Shown: piece by piece, positions 55,344 to 64,000 of the stretch
Layout of the letters: each line of letters starts with the position of its first letter
How positions within the stretch are numbered: the first letter of the stretch is position 1
Virus record (IMG/VR): IMGVR_UViG_3300049009_000874
Location: 32,001-96,000 of that record
DNA length: 64,000 nucleotides
Source of the DNA: a virus
Lineage: Duplodnaviria > Caudoviricetes
Reading direction: 5' to 3' (one strand)
Program-made: the position numbers and the translations under genes
The notes under the pieces: generated by a model
Told to the model about the DNA's origin: nothing
What the model saw: the letters and a program-made list of their open reading frames with translations, nothing else
The model's database searches: none

Positions 55344-56306
55344 ATGAAAATATCGCATTCAAGGTGGAACAAGATCGACGAAAGCAAGAGGAGAATCGAT
55401 TACTCTTCCAACAAGAGGTTTATTTGGCTTGAGACAGAATCCGTCTGGAAGGAAGTTTCCCTCTCCAAGGTCGAGATATCTCCCATATATGGCGATCTAA
55501 CGGTCGATTCCCCATGGGAAGGCAATTGCGAGAAGAAGCCGTGGAACTACAAGGTGACGGCTGTAATACCTTGCCTGAACACGTCCGAGACGCTCAAGTG
55601 CTGCATAGAGCTATTGAGGTTGCAGACAGAGCGACCGTTCATAATGATCATAGACACTGGAAGCCAGCAGGACCATCTCGGGAAAACTCTGGATCTCCGG
55701 GACGAAGACGTCGAGGTCCACAGCATATCTCTCAACGGGGTGTTGCATCCTTCGGACTACCCGGCGATGGCTATGGATCTGGCTATGACCTTGTGCCGAT
55801 CGAAATTTATGTTTGCGACCCATGCGGATGTTTTCCTCAAGAGAAGGGATTTCCTTGAGCACCTTTCTGGGATTTGCGAGAAAGGTTTCCCTGTGGCTGG
55901 GTACGAGATCAGCCCAAGGGCTCACAGCGACTGGAAAGGTATGATATCCCATACCGCCACAATGTACGACATGAAGGTGATGGACAGGATCGGATTCGGA
56001 TGGAGCCTGAGAAGGCTGTGCAACGAGTACGACATTGTCGACTACAAGCCTGACCCCATGCGACCTAGCTGGCCAGACACGGAGATACTGGGGAACTACA
56101 TACTCAGGAAGAACAACGTTTTGACCAAAATCATAGGTCATGAGCAAAACCAGGAGAGGACGGACGACGAAAACATCGACCATTTTCGGAGTTACACCTC
56201 TGGCAAGATGTACAGTCCGCCGCATTTCAAGAAAACTAGAGCTTGGTTCGAGGACGCAATCTTGAAAGCAGAGAGAAGAATAGAATCTTGGAAGGGCGAA
56301 TCGTAG
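55344..56306 (+). CDS. glycosyltransferase family 2
   Basis: TAVIPCLN, IIDTGS, FATHADVF. Confidence 0.8.
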   Translation: MKISHSRWNKIDESKRRIDYSSNKRFIWLETESVWKEVSLSKVEISPIYGDLTVDSPWEGNCEKKPWNYKVTAVIPCLNTSETLKCCIELLRLQTERPFIMIIDTGSQQDHLGKTLDLRDEDVEVHSISLNGVLHPSDYPAMAMDLAMTLCRSKFMFATHADVFLKRRDFLEHLSGICEKGFPVAGYEISPRAHSDWKGMISHTATMYDMKVMDRIGFGWSLRRLCNEYDIVDYKPDPMRPSWPDTEILGNYILRKNNVLTKIIGHEQNQERTDDENIDHFRSYTSGKMYSPPHFKKTRAWFEDAILKAERRIESWKGES

Positions 56307-56346
56307 GCATGGCTGGAAATTACAGTGTACAGCAGTAAATACCAAC

Positions 56347-56958
56347 ATGATAGAAAAGAAGAAGGTCTTGGTCCTCAACAAGTCTTGGATACCAGTTTCG
56401 GTCCTCAGTCTTGATAAGGCTCTCATCAAGCTTTTTTCGCAATACAGCGATGGTGTTCCTAAAGCTTTAATCGTAGATTGCGCAAATGATTTCAAGACCA
56501 TGCCGTGGTCTGAATGGTCGAAAATCACGCCTTCCGATGGCGAGGAAAGCTTGAGGTCGGTCAACGCAGCATTTAGAATCCCATCGGTTATACAGCTGAC
56601 CAAATACGATAAGACCCCAGTCTACAAGTCCAAATACTGCCGCAGGACGGTCTACAGGCGTGACGGGAATCAATGTCAGTATTGCGGGGAAAAGCCCGGA
56701 ATTCCGAAACTGACTATAGACCACGTGGTTCCCAGAAGCCAGGGAGGCATGACGACATGGGCGAATTGCGTGCTGGCATGCATCGGCTGCAACACGAGAA
56801 AGGGTGGCATGACTCCGGCTCAAGCCAAGATGAATTTGTTGAGACAGCCTAAAGTGCCAAAAATGAATTCTCTTAAGTGCGATGTGAAAGTTGAAGGGTG
56901 GGAGCCTTTCCTTGGTGTCGGCTATTGGATCGTGGAACTTGGATGCGACGAAGCTTAA
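56347..56958 (+). CDS. HNH endonuclease
   Basis: VLVLN, RDGNQCQYCG, LTIDHVVPRSQGG..TWANCVLACIGCNTRKG. Confidence 0.93.
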   Translation: MIEKKKVLVLNKSWIPVSVLSLDKALIKLFSQYSDGVPKALIVDCANDFKTMPWSEWSKITPSDGEESLRSVNAAFRIPSVIQLTKYDKTPVYKSKYCRRTVYRRDGNQCQYCGEKPGIPKLTIDHVVPRSQGGMTTWANCVLACIGCNTRKGGMTPAQAKMNLLRQPKVPKMNSLKCDVKVEGWEPFLGVGYWIVELGCDEA

Positions 56959-57869
56959 ACGCCAAGCTTTTGATGCTCTCTAGGCTTCAGTTCATAGTCG
57001 ATGTAGTTTGTTTCGATGATACTCAGAAGCCTGGAGCTGTCTTTCTGTGACAGACCGAGAGAGTTGCTCATTCTCCTCACGATTTTTTCGTTCTGCAAGA
57101 AGAACATCTCGACATCCCTCTTTTTTATGTCTTCCGAGACCACCCTAAGACCAGCTTCGTCGAACATCTTTTTGTATGTCGCAGAACCGTCCAATATCTT
57201 TCTTGTAGTCCTGCTAGAGATTCCGAGAGTAGACAGTTCTTTCTCCGAGAAAACAAGATGCAGAAATGCCTTGTTTATTTGCTCCGAAAGGTGCGTGCCG
57301 TTCCTGGACGTCATTGGGTGGCATCTGGCGTATATCTTGCCTTTGTTAGTCAGGGAGTTAAGTTGGCTCAACCAGTGAACTGGCTTCTCTAGGTGGTCGA
57401 TTATGTCGTTCAGTATGATCACGTCGAACGGAGCCCATTGCTTGACAAGCTTGAAGTTTTCGGTGTACAGCAGATTCTTCTCTGGTTCGCCCGTGTTGAT
57501 TCCTTGGCAAGCGTTGACGTCATAGGAGACCACATGTTTTGCTCCGAAATTTACTTTTATGGCTCTGGAGAAGTTGGGGTCGTGGCTTCCGAAGTCCAGA
57601 ACCGTCTTGTCCTCGACCGATTCTCGAACCAATTCCTTGATGGTCTGAGAAATAAACAGTTCTGGGGATTCCTCCCATGGTTCAGCTTCTGGCCAGTTTG
57701 GGCTTTTCACCTCCATTCTTAATTCTGTCAACTCCGATAGCCTTTCTTGGGCTGGGGCAGCCATGCCGGACGCCACACCAGATACTTGTCCGTCGAGCAT
57801 TTTGTTGAAGAACTTTATCATGTGTTCGCAGGCTTTTATGTATTCTTTGATTTGCTTCGAGGTGTTCAT
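56955..57869 (-). CDS. class I SAM-dependent methyltransferase-like protein
   Basis: VLDFGS, VSYDV, FDVIILNDIIDHLEKP. Confidence 0.75.
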   Translation of the reverse strand: MNTSKQIKEYIKACEHMIKFFNKMLDGQVSGVASGMAAPAQERLSELTELRMEVKSPNWPEAEPWEESPELFISQTIKELVRESVEDKTVLDFGSHDPNFSRAIKVNFGAKHVVSYDVNACQGINTGEPEKNLLYTENFKLVKQWAPFDVIILNDIIDHLEKPVHWLSQLNSLTNKGKIYARCHPMTSRNGTHLSEQINKAFLHLVFSEKELSTLGISSRTTRKILDGSATYKKMFDEAGLRVVSEDIKKRDVEMFFLQNEKIVRRMSNSLGLSQKDSSRLLSIIETNYIDYELKPREHQKLGV

Positions 57870-58017
57870 TTTTCGCCCTTTTTCAAGCAGTGAGACCTAA
57901 TTTCCATCCGACACATTTGTTCCGAGTCGGAACAAAATTATTCGCGCAAGGCTGGGGAATTTTTGCTTTTATGAGCAAATCCTTCTCCTCTAGTAGATAG
58001 AGTTAAAGGGGTGAAAA

Positions 58018-58554
58018 ATGATAACGGGATTCGACAAGCCAATCATGGTTGGCTTGGTTTTCGACATGGATGATTTTAAGATCGGCAGTAGTTTCGCACA
58101 CAAGGAAGTGAAGCGTTCGTTGATCAAATTTGCTCAAAAAATAGGGATGAACTGTAGGATGTATGTCTCCGGCAACGAAAAATTGCCAAGCACTTGCGGG
58201 GAGACAGTCCAGCAGATATTTTCCTATCAATCGTCGAAAGACATGGGCAAATTTGGAAAAAAGATGTCTGACTGCCTAAGCGAAGTCGGTTTCGCCGAAG
58301 AATCCAGCAAGTACATATTCGTCCTGACAAACAGGTATGTGAAATCGGAGATGTACCAGTACAAGAAGAGCCTCAAGCTTAACGAAGACAAAAGCCTTGG
58401 TTGCAAGTTTGTTTTCTTCGAGATGGGACGGCACACCGTGGAACTTCAGGAACTTGTTGGGGCATACGAAAGCGCGGAATACCACCCCGTCAACAGCATG
58501 GAATATTTTGATCTAATCATAAAAAAAATACTCGAGGAGACCGGAAATGGATGA
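58018..58554 (+). CDS. hypothetical protein (alpha/beta, possibly vWA-like)
   Basis: 178-aa ORF; strand pattern VGLVFD / YIFVLT / FVFFEMG. Confidence 0.7.
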   Translation: MITGFDKPIMVGLVFDMDDFKIGSSFAHKEVKRSLIKFAQKIGMNCRMYVSGNEKLPSTCGETVQQIFSYQSSKDMGKFGKKMSDCLSEVGFAEESSKYIFVLTNRYVKSEMYQYKKSLKLNEDKSLGCKFVFFEMGRHTVELQELVGAYESAEYHPVNSMEYFDLIIKKILEETGNG

Positions 58555-59344
58555 AAAAGTTTTGAAGAATTCAAATTTGAATTTTAACGGATTCAGCAGC
58601 ACAAATCCAAACTACATGGCTGCCGTAGAGATCATAGTTCCGTTTTATGGTCAATACAACAAGATTTCTAGGCTCATAGATTCCATCTTCAATACGGTGA
58701 ACAACAACAGGTATCAACTGACCCTGGTCGACGATGGATCTCCAAACGAAGGGTTCATAGAGCAAATCAAGGAAAAGGCTATGCCTGGTCTGCACTGTTT
58801 GAGGTTGAAGAAAAACTCCGGGTTCGGCGCGGCTGTCAACTACGCCTTGGAGAACTGCATCAATGACTGGATACCATTCGTGTGCATAATGCACTCCGAC
58901 ACGATGCCAGTCGATTCATCTTGGCTTTCCCAGCTTGGGTCTTTCTTGAATCAAGTCAAGAAAGACAACATCAAGATGGTGTCTCCAAGAAGCGGGGTCT
59001 TCAACGATGAAATGAAGCATCTCCAGACGGAAAGGTCTGTCAAGTCGGAAGACCGAATACTTTCCAGCGAAGAGTATCTGCCGATGTTCTGCTCCCTTGC
59101 CCACAGGGATTTGTTCAAGCATGTCGGCAGGTTTCAGGAATTTCCTTTGGCTGGATGCGAGTCGATGGAATACGCCATGAGGATGAATTCCATGGGATTC
59201 AAACAGGCTGTGTCGGGCAAGAGCTGGGTGGAGCACGAGGGCAGAGGAACCATCGACAGTCTTGACGGCAAAATGAAAGAAATGTTGCGAAAGACCCATG
59301 ATGAGTTCGTCGCGTCCTTGAATACTACGGTTTCGAAAGTATAG
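58547..59344 (+). CDS. glycosyltransferase family 2
   Basis: EIIVPFY, LVDDGSP, NSGFGAAVN, IMHSDT. Confidence 0.88.
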   Translation: MDEKVLKNSNLNFNGFSSTNPNYMAAVEIIVPFYGQYNKISRLIDSIFNTVNNNRYQLTLVDDGSPNEGFIEQIKEKAMPGLHCLRLKKNSGFGAAVNYALENCINDWIPFVCIMHSDTMPVDSSWLSQLGSFLNQVKKDNIKMVSPRSGVFNDEMKHLQTERSVKSEDRILSSEEYLPMFCSLAHRDLFKHVGRFQEFPLAGCESMEYAMRMNSMGFKQAVSGKSWVEHEGRGTIDSLDGKMKEMLRKTHDEFVASLNTTVSKV

Positions 59345-59383
59345 ATACTTGTAGTTCCATGCTCTTTTCAACAAGGAGGAAAA

Positions 59384-59530
59384 ATGCGCTGTAAAAAAAC
59401 AAACGGATCTTACACTACAGTAACCTGGAGATACTTCTATCCGCAGTGTCCGAAGCTTAATGTCTTGTGTTCGTCCACACGTGGCGCTTATGTTGCCGCG
59501 ATCACAGTTTGCACTCAGGCTCTTCTATAA
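59384..59530 (+). CDS. 48-aa Cys-containing protein
   Basis: AAGGAGG RBS; MRCKKTNGSY...CTQALL*; followed by a terminator. Confidence 0.65.
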   Translation: MRCKKTNGSYTTVTWRYFYPQCPKLNVLCSSTRGAYVAAITVCTQALL

Positions 59531-59545
59531 CTGATTGGGCAAAAC

Positions 59546-59580
59546 AAAAAGGCAACAGGTTTATCCTGTTGCCTTTTTTT
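59546..59580 (+). terminator. intrinsic terminator
   Basis: AAAAAGGCAACAGG-tttat-CCTGTTGCCTTTTTTT. Confidence 0.9.
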
Positions 59581-59642
59581 CGTAATTGCATTACTATGAT
59601 TGAAGGTTAAAATTCCAATGTTTTTTAGGGATGGAAAACAAA

Positions 59643-59825
59643 ATGCTAATTTTGTCGCGCAAGCTCAACGAAACGATAGTGATCAACGACAACATAAAGG
59701 TGACCTTGGTCGAGTCATCGAACGGAAAAGTCCGGCTCGGAATAGACGCCCCGCCAGAAGTACCAGTTTATAGGCAAGAGATATACGATGCTATCCAGTC
59801 AGGGAAAAAAATCGTTAAAGGCTAA
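59643..59825 (+). CDS. csrA: carbon storage regulator CsrA
   Basis: MLILSRKLNETIVINDNIKV...VRLGIDAPPEVPVYRQEIY. Confidence 0.95.
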   Translation: MLILSRKLNETIVINDNIKVTLVESSNGKVRLGIDAPPEVPVYRQEIYDAIQSGKKIVKG

Positions 59826-60018
59826 GAGTTGCCCGAGCTGTAAGGCTTTTGTCGGAGAAAAATTCTTTTTCGACTCTGAACTCAACATGATATGTGGGTT
59901 TTGCGACAATTTCGTCTTCTCGATGAGTGAGCAAAGCCCGCAAGACCAATCCTGCAAGGCAAGACATTCCGAAAGAAGAAATTTTGAAAACAAAGAAAAT
60001 CTGAAGCACATTCCTTAA
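59788..60018 (+). CDS. possible small zinc-ribbon protein
   Basis: CPSC...CGFC; start uncertain, overlaps csrA. Confidence 0.45.
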   Translation: MLSSQGKKSLKAKSCPSCKAFVGEKFFFDSELNMICGFCDNFVFSMSEQSPQDQSCKARHSERRNFENKENLKHIP

Positions 60019-60249
60019 CTTTTGTTTACGAATCTTATTTCTGTAATAAGATTGTTGCATGAAGTTCATCTGTTTTCCAAAATCCAAGTTCAAGACAACT
60101 TCAAATCGGCTTCCTTTTCGTGAGGAAGCCAGAAAGTGAATTGTTCCAACGGACATGGAAGGAAGGCAGTTGACATGGGATACTGTTTTTGATAGTTTTC
60201 CCTCTGGCTTAGACATGAGGTCGATTTTTTACTTTAAAGGAGTTTTGTC

Positions 60250-61461
60250 ATGGCGTTCGAGTTTTCAAAGAGAATTAAGCATCTTTATGGAGCTTTGCAC
60301 CTTGTTCCGTTCGAAATGATTGAAGTTTCGGATCCGAATGTGGGTTCGGAGGGATACCAGTTTTCGAATCCAAGACTAATGACTGAACAGGGTCAGACCG
60401 ATTTGATGGATCTGGAAATGTCTTCCGTCTTGAGAGAAGACATCAAGAACAAGACCTTGATAGCACCTTTGATTTGCAGGGTCGAAGGGGAAAAAATACA
60501 GCTTGTGGGCGGGGAGAGAAGATACCGATCGCTTTCTTACTTGATTGACAAAAACGAGTTTGTCAAGGATCCGTCCTCCGTCAACGTAGACAGCAAGGGC
60601 AAAAAGGAATACAGCTATAAATTGGCTGGCGAGGTCTACAAGGATGTGCTTTGCCAGATTTACAACACTGAAAGCGACATCGAGGCTTTGGCTTACTCGT
60701 ACAGCGAGAACGCCTGTCGCAAGAATCTGAACGATGGTCACGATGTGGCGATCCTGATGGAGCTGAGGCGTCACAAAGCTACCGATGACCAGATAATATC
60801 TGTCTTGCAGAAGAACAAGATGTGGCTTCGGGACACGGACAAACTCGTAAAGAAGTTGGACCCAGCCACGCTCAACGAACTCCTCGAGGGGAGAATAACC
60901 AGACAGGCTGCAGCCAAGCTTTCCGAAATAGAAGACATCGATGACAGGACTGAGATAAGGGAAAAGGCTGAGGCTGTATCCGACAAGAGAAATTCCAGAA
61001 ACATGGGCATCAACCAGAATAGGATCGAAAGGGCTACTAAAGATCAGAATATAGCCCAGATAAACCTTAGGGTTGCCGAGACTCTTGACTCCATGGGAGA
61101 GGATCATTGCGACATCGACAAGGTCACGGAAGAATTGAAGTTGGCGAACACCAATGTCGCTGACGCCTTTTCCAGGCAGAATGATGGTGTAAAGCCGATG
61201 TTGGTCCAAGATATAGAAAAGGTAATGGTTTCCAGCGACAATCCGATTTCAAAATTCATGAAACGAGACAGAATCAAGCATTGTTACCTTGATTTCCTCG
61301 CAAAAATATGCAAGACGGGATCATCCGACGACGGATCGTTCACTGTTCCCAGCACCATGGCTGGAAGGGACGCCATTCGACTGGCGATGCGGATAGCCAA
61401 AGGCATTCATGACGGCGACGAGAATTGCCTCAGAATAGTAAAGAAGTCCTTCAAGAAATGA
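60250..61461 (+). CDS. ParB/Srx N-terminal domain protein
   Basis: NPR, LIAPLICR, LVGGERRYRS, ENACRKNLN. Confidence 0.85.
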   Translation: MAFEFSKRIKHLYGALHLVPFEMIEVSDPNVGSEGYQFSNPRLMTEQGQTDLMDLEMSSVLREDIKNKTLIAPLICRVEGEKIQLVGGERRYRSLSYLIDKNEFVKDPSSVNVDSKGKKEYSYKLAGEVYKDVLCQIYNTESDIEALAYSYSENACRKNLNDGHDVAILMELRRHKATDDQIISVLQKNKMWLRDTDKLVKKLDPATLNELLEGRITRQAAAKLSEIEDIDDRTEIREKAEAVSDKRNSRNMGINQNRIERATKDQNIAQINLRVAETLDSMGEDHCDIDKVTEELKLANTNVADAFSRQNDGVKPMLVQDIEKVMVSSDNPISKFMKRDRIKHCYLDFLAKICKTGSSDDGSFTVPSTMAGRDAIRLAMRIAKGIHDGDENCLRIVKKSFKK

Positions 61462-61472
61462 GACTGGCTATT

Positions 61473-61514
61473 CAAAAACAAAAACCCCGCAATGCTGCGG
61501 GGTTTTTGTTTTTG
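61473..61514 (+). terminator. intrinsic terminator
   Basis: Perfect 19-bp stem CAAAAACAAAAACCCCGCA-atgc-TGCGGGGTTTTTGTTTTTG. Confidence 0.9.
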
Positions 61515-61531
61515 TAGGCATAAATAGTTTA

Positions 61532-61828
61532 ATGATATATGTTTGTCCATACTGCGGCAACTCACTAACTCAACCTTTGAGCGATGGAATTTGCATATGC
61601 ACGAATTGCAAGGCATTGTTCGACTCAAGCCCCCAAAGCCGTCTTCTTTCCGCAGCCTGGATCGCCAGGAAAAAAAACATGACTATGGAAAAGCTGGTTG
61701 GGAAATTCGGCTTGTCTTATGATGAGGCTAAAATCATAGAGGACAAGGTTTTGGTGGGCGGCTACACACACGATGAGTTTCTGAAATTCCTCAACGAAGA
61801 GAAAGTACCTAATCGTTGCTACATATGA
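61532..61828 (+). CDS. zinc-ribbon protein
   Basis: CPYCG...CTNC; TAAATA just upstream. Confidence 0.75.
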   Translation: MIYVCPYCGNSLTQPLSDGICICTNCKALFDSSPQSRLLSAAWIARKKNMTMEKLVGKFGLSYDEAKIIEDKVLVGGYTHDEFLKFLNEEKVPNRCYI

Positions 61829-61991
61829 CGGAATCAAGTTCCGAACGAAGCACAGTGATTTCCTTGTCGGCTTCGATTCCTATGCGGACTTTATTCTTGT
61901 TGTCTATTCTGACGATCGTGATCATTATGTCTCGCATGTCTGGCACTTTCAGAATGATCTTTTCGTCTTTTTTCCTGGATAGTACTAACAT
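61809..61991 (-). CDS. csrA: second CsrA-family protein
   Basis: AAGGA RBS; MLVLSRKKDEKIIL...KVRIGIEADKEITVLRSEL. Confidence 0.9.
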   Translation of the reverse strand: MLVLSRKKDEKIILKVPDMRDIMITIVRIDNKNKVRIGIEADKEITVLRSELDSVICSND

Positions 61992-62334
61992 TTTAAATTC
62001 CTTTATTTGTATGTGATTGTGAACTTCCATTTGAAATGGCTTCACTTTTAGTTCGACATTAATATAGTGTGAAGGTTTTTTTATTGCCAAACTCCGATTC
62101 CGATAGTGTAGTTTTTCGTGGAATTCATTTGGTTCTGCAATATCATGATGCAATAAAGAGGTTCATATCTAGCGTCGCTTCAAGAAATATGAAGCTATAT
62201 TTTTATTTCAATAATTATTTTTGTAGTTTACTTGATTGTTTTTTCTTGTATATTTAATTTGTACCTTAAGCGCAAGGTGATTTATGTCATTGTATCCTTG
62301 GCTTTTATCCAAAATGACGAATGTGGAGAATTTT

Positions 62335-62826
62335 ATGAGCAATTCTGTGATCGAGCAGAAGATAGTCGCGTTGAAGCGACAGCAGCAGCTTATTTTCGAA
62401 CTTATAGGAAAGCTTGAGGACGTGGCGTCGTTGGAGACCCAGATGTCTTCTGGTTCGGAACCGAATCTTGCCACTCGGCATGTCGTTCCGGCGCAGGCTT
62501 CCGATACTGTAGGCGGGGTACGGGGCATAGCGAAGAGCGCTGCGAGCGCGTACAAGGCTGCGTATAGGGCAAAGTTGAAGGCTAAGGCGAAGTTTTCTGG
62601 TGACGGTAAGCCCGTTTCTTTGCGTTCCGTGGTCAAGCACATAGTCATGCAATCTAAGACCCCGCTTTCCTACCCTGAGGTAGCCGAAAAAGCCATCGCG
62701 TCCGGATACAAGACTATAGCTAAGGACTTCGGTAACAACGTGTACCAGAGCCTCAACAAGTTGGTTCGCGACAAGGAACTAAAGCAACGCAAAGAGAACA
62801 ACGTGGTTCTCTTTGAGGCGGCATAG
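62335..62826 (+). CDS. coiled-coil plus winged-helix (HARE-HTH-like) DNA-binding protein
   Basis: GGAG RBS; SLRSVVKHIV...PLSYPEVAEKAIASGYKT...NNVYQSL. Confidence 0.6.
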   Translation: MSNSVIEQKIVALKRQQQLIFELIGKLEDVASLETQMSSGSEPNLATRHVVPAQASDTVGGVRGIAKSAASAYKAAYRAKLKAKAKFSGDGKPVSLRSVVKHIVMQSKTPLSYPEVAEKAIASGYKTIAKDFGNNVYQSLNKLVRDKELKQRKENNVVLFEAA

Positions 62827-62827
62827 C

Positions 62828-63133
62828 ATGGAAAGAAAAACCAAGGAAAACGTTTCCAAGTTGGTGAGAGATATCCTTGGCGAGGTTGGCGCTATCACCA
62901 AGCATCCTCCAAAGGACTGGAAGCGTCAAGTCGAGGAAAGGCTGACAAGCCTTAATATCGACATTGAAAAGGTCAACATCTACGCAGTCAGAAGCAAGAT
63001 CCTCAAGGAAGTTCCATGCGACCTAAACTCGTATGCCAGCATCCTGATAAAGCTGCGAGAGTTGTCGAAGTCAGCGGGTGGGATAGACAAGCTTTACGAG
63101 TGCGTCAGCCTGCTCAAGGAACTGAAAATCTAG
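62828..63133 (+). CDS. hypothetical protein
   Basis: ATG 1 nt after the upstream stop. Confidence 0.75.
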   Translation: MERKTKENVSKLVRDILGEVGAITKHPPKDWKRQVEERLTSLNIDIEKVNIYAVRSKILKEVPCDLNSYASILIKLRELSKSAGGIDKLYECVSLLKELKI

Positions 63134-63204
63134 TGATGCTTAATTGACGTCCATATGCTATCATAAGCCGAAGGTTGCTTTGCAACCTTTCGCTCTAGGC
63201 TCAG

Positions 63205-63241
63205 AACCCCATTCCCTTGCCAAAAGGGAATGGGGTTTTTT
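63205..63241 (+). terminator. intrinsic terminator
   Basis: AACCCCATTCCCTT-gccaa-AAGGGAATGGGGTT followed by a T-run. Confidence 0.88.
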
Positions 63242-63277
63242 CGTTGAAAAACAAAAAAATATAACTTAAAATATGGC

Positions 63278-64000
63278 ATGAGTGATGTTTTTTTCAGGAT
63301 GTCTGAATATCCCAGACAAATTATTGACGAGCTTTTTTGCGCCTCAAGGTATGAGCCGGCGGAAAAAGACATAATAATAGTCGTGCACAACCAGCTGGAT
63401 TACCTGGTTAAGTGCATTGATTCCATAAGGAGCAACACCGAGAGGTACAAAATCTATGTTTGGGACAACAACTCTGACGAAGATACTGCGAGATGGCTTT
63501 CCTCCCAGAGCGACATAAGGTGCGTCAGACATCACGAAAACATAGGTTTTATAAAGCCAAACAATGAATTGATACGTCTCGGCGACAGCGCATACGTGAT
63601 CTGTCTCAACTCCGACACGGAAGTGGTTAAAGGTTGGGATTCGGCTATGATTTCCCAAATACAGCAAAACGGTTTCAGCCAGGTTGGCTACATAGGCGGC
63701 AGGCTGAACTCAAAGGGCAAGGGATACCAATTTGGTTTCGGGGAAAACATCGACTACATTCCTGGTTGGTGTTTCTGCATTCCCCGGCTTGTGTACGAAC
63801 GATACGGTCTGTTCGATGAGGACAACCTCTTTTTCGCCTACTGCGAGGACAGCGATTTCTCGATGAGGATCACGGAGTCCGGCGGCAGGATCTACGCCTT
63901 GCACCTAGGGCTGGTAATTCACCACGAAAACAAGACCATCAAAGAGGTCATGAAAACTACTGACTGCAACCCGACATACGAGAAGAACCACGATTTCATT
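63278..64000 (+). CDS. glycosyltransferase family 2, 3'-truncated by the window edge
   Basis: DIIIVVHNQLDYLVKCIDSI, VWDNNSD, ENIGFIKPNN, CLNSDT, AYCEDSDFS; translated by hand. Confidence 0.88.
   Translation, partial: MSDVFFRMSEYPRQIIDELFCASRYEPAEKDIIIVVHNQLDYLVKCIDSIRSNTERYKIYVWDNNSDEDTARWLSSQSDIRCVRHHENIGFIKPNNELIRLGDSAYVICLNSDTEVVKGWDSAMISQIQQNGFSQVGYIGGRLNSKGKGYQFGFGENIDYIPGWCFCIPRLVYERYGLFDEDNLFFAYCEDSDFSMRITESGGRIYALHLGLVIHHENKTIKEVMKTTDCNPTYEKNHDFI

Noticed and set aside
56347-56958. HNH gene as an intron-encoded homing endonuclease
   Set aside because: Free-standing between intact genes; no interrupted host gene is seen
1-64000. Stop-codon reassignment as in some huge phages
   Set aside because: Conserved genes are full length in code 11 and end in TAA, TAG and TGA alike

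Overview
This window looks like part of a large (jumbo/huge) tailed-phage genome using the standard genetic code. It is gene-dense, with many stop/start overlaps, and I saw no rRNA, tRNA, CRISPR array or transposase. Host-like genes (prkA/yeaG-yeaH-spoVR, gmd, bS21, def, infC, groES-like, dnaJ, phoH, two csrA, parB-like) are scattered singly among unassignable ORFs instead of sitting in their bacterial operons. Highlights: (1) an intein-less DnaE split exactly before the catalytic PDIDxD motif, with the halves about 12.9 kb apart and a degenerate duplicated segment heading the C-half; (2) a tightly overlapping operon of GT2 glycosyltransferase, CapK/PaaK-like adenylate-forming ligase and a 2198-aa Cys-rich STIG1-like repeat protein, which is the best candidate for an undescribed protein-decoration system; (3) about 11 glycosyltransferase-like genes; (4) several proteins with N-termini resembling the T4 capsid-targeting sequence, most preceded by a recurrent TA[A/G/T]ATA late-promoter-like motif; (5) several apparent pseudo-enzymes; (6) two candidate structured or CsrA-binding RNA regions. 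All family calls come from recognising motifs by eye; no database search was run.
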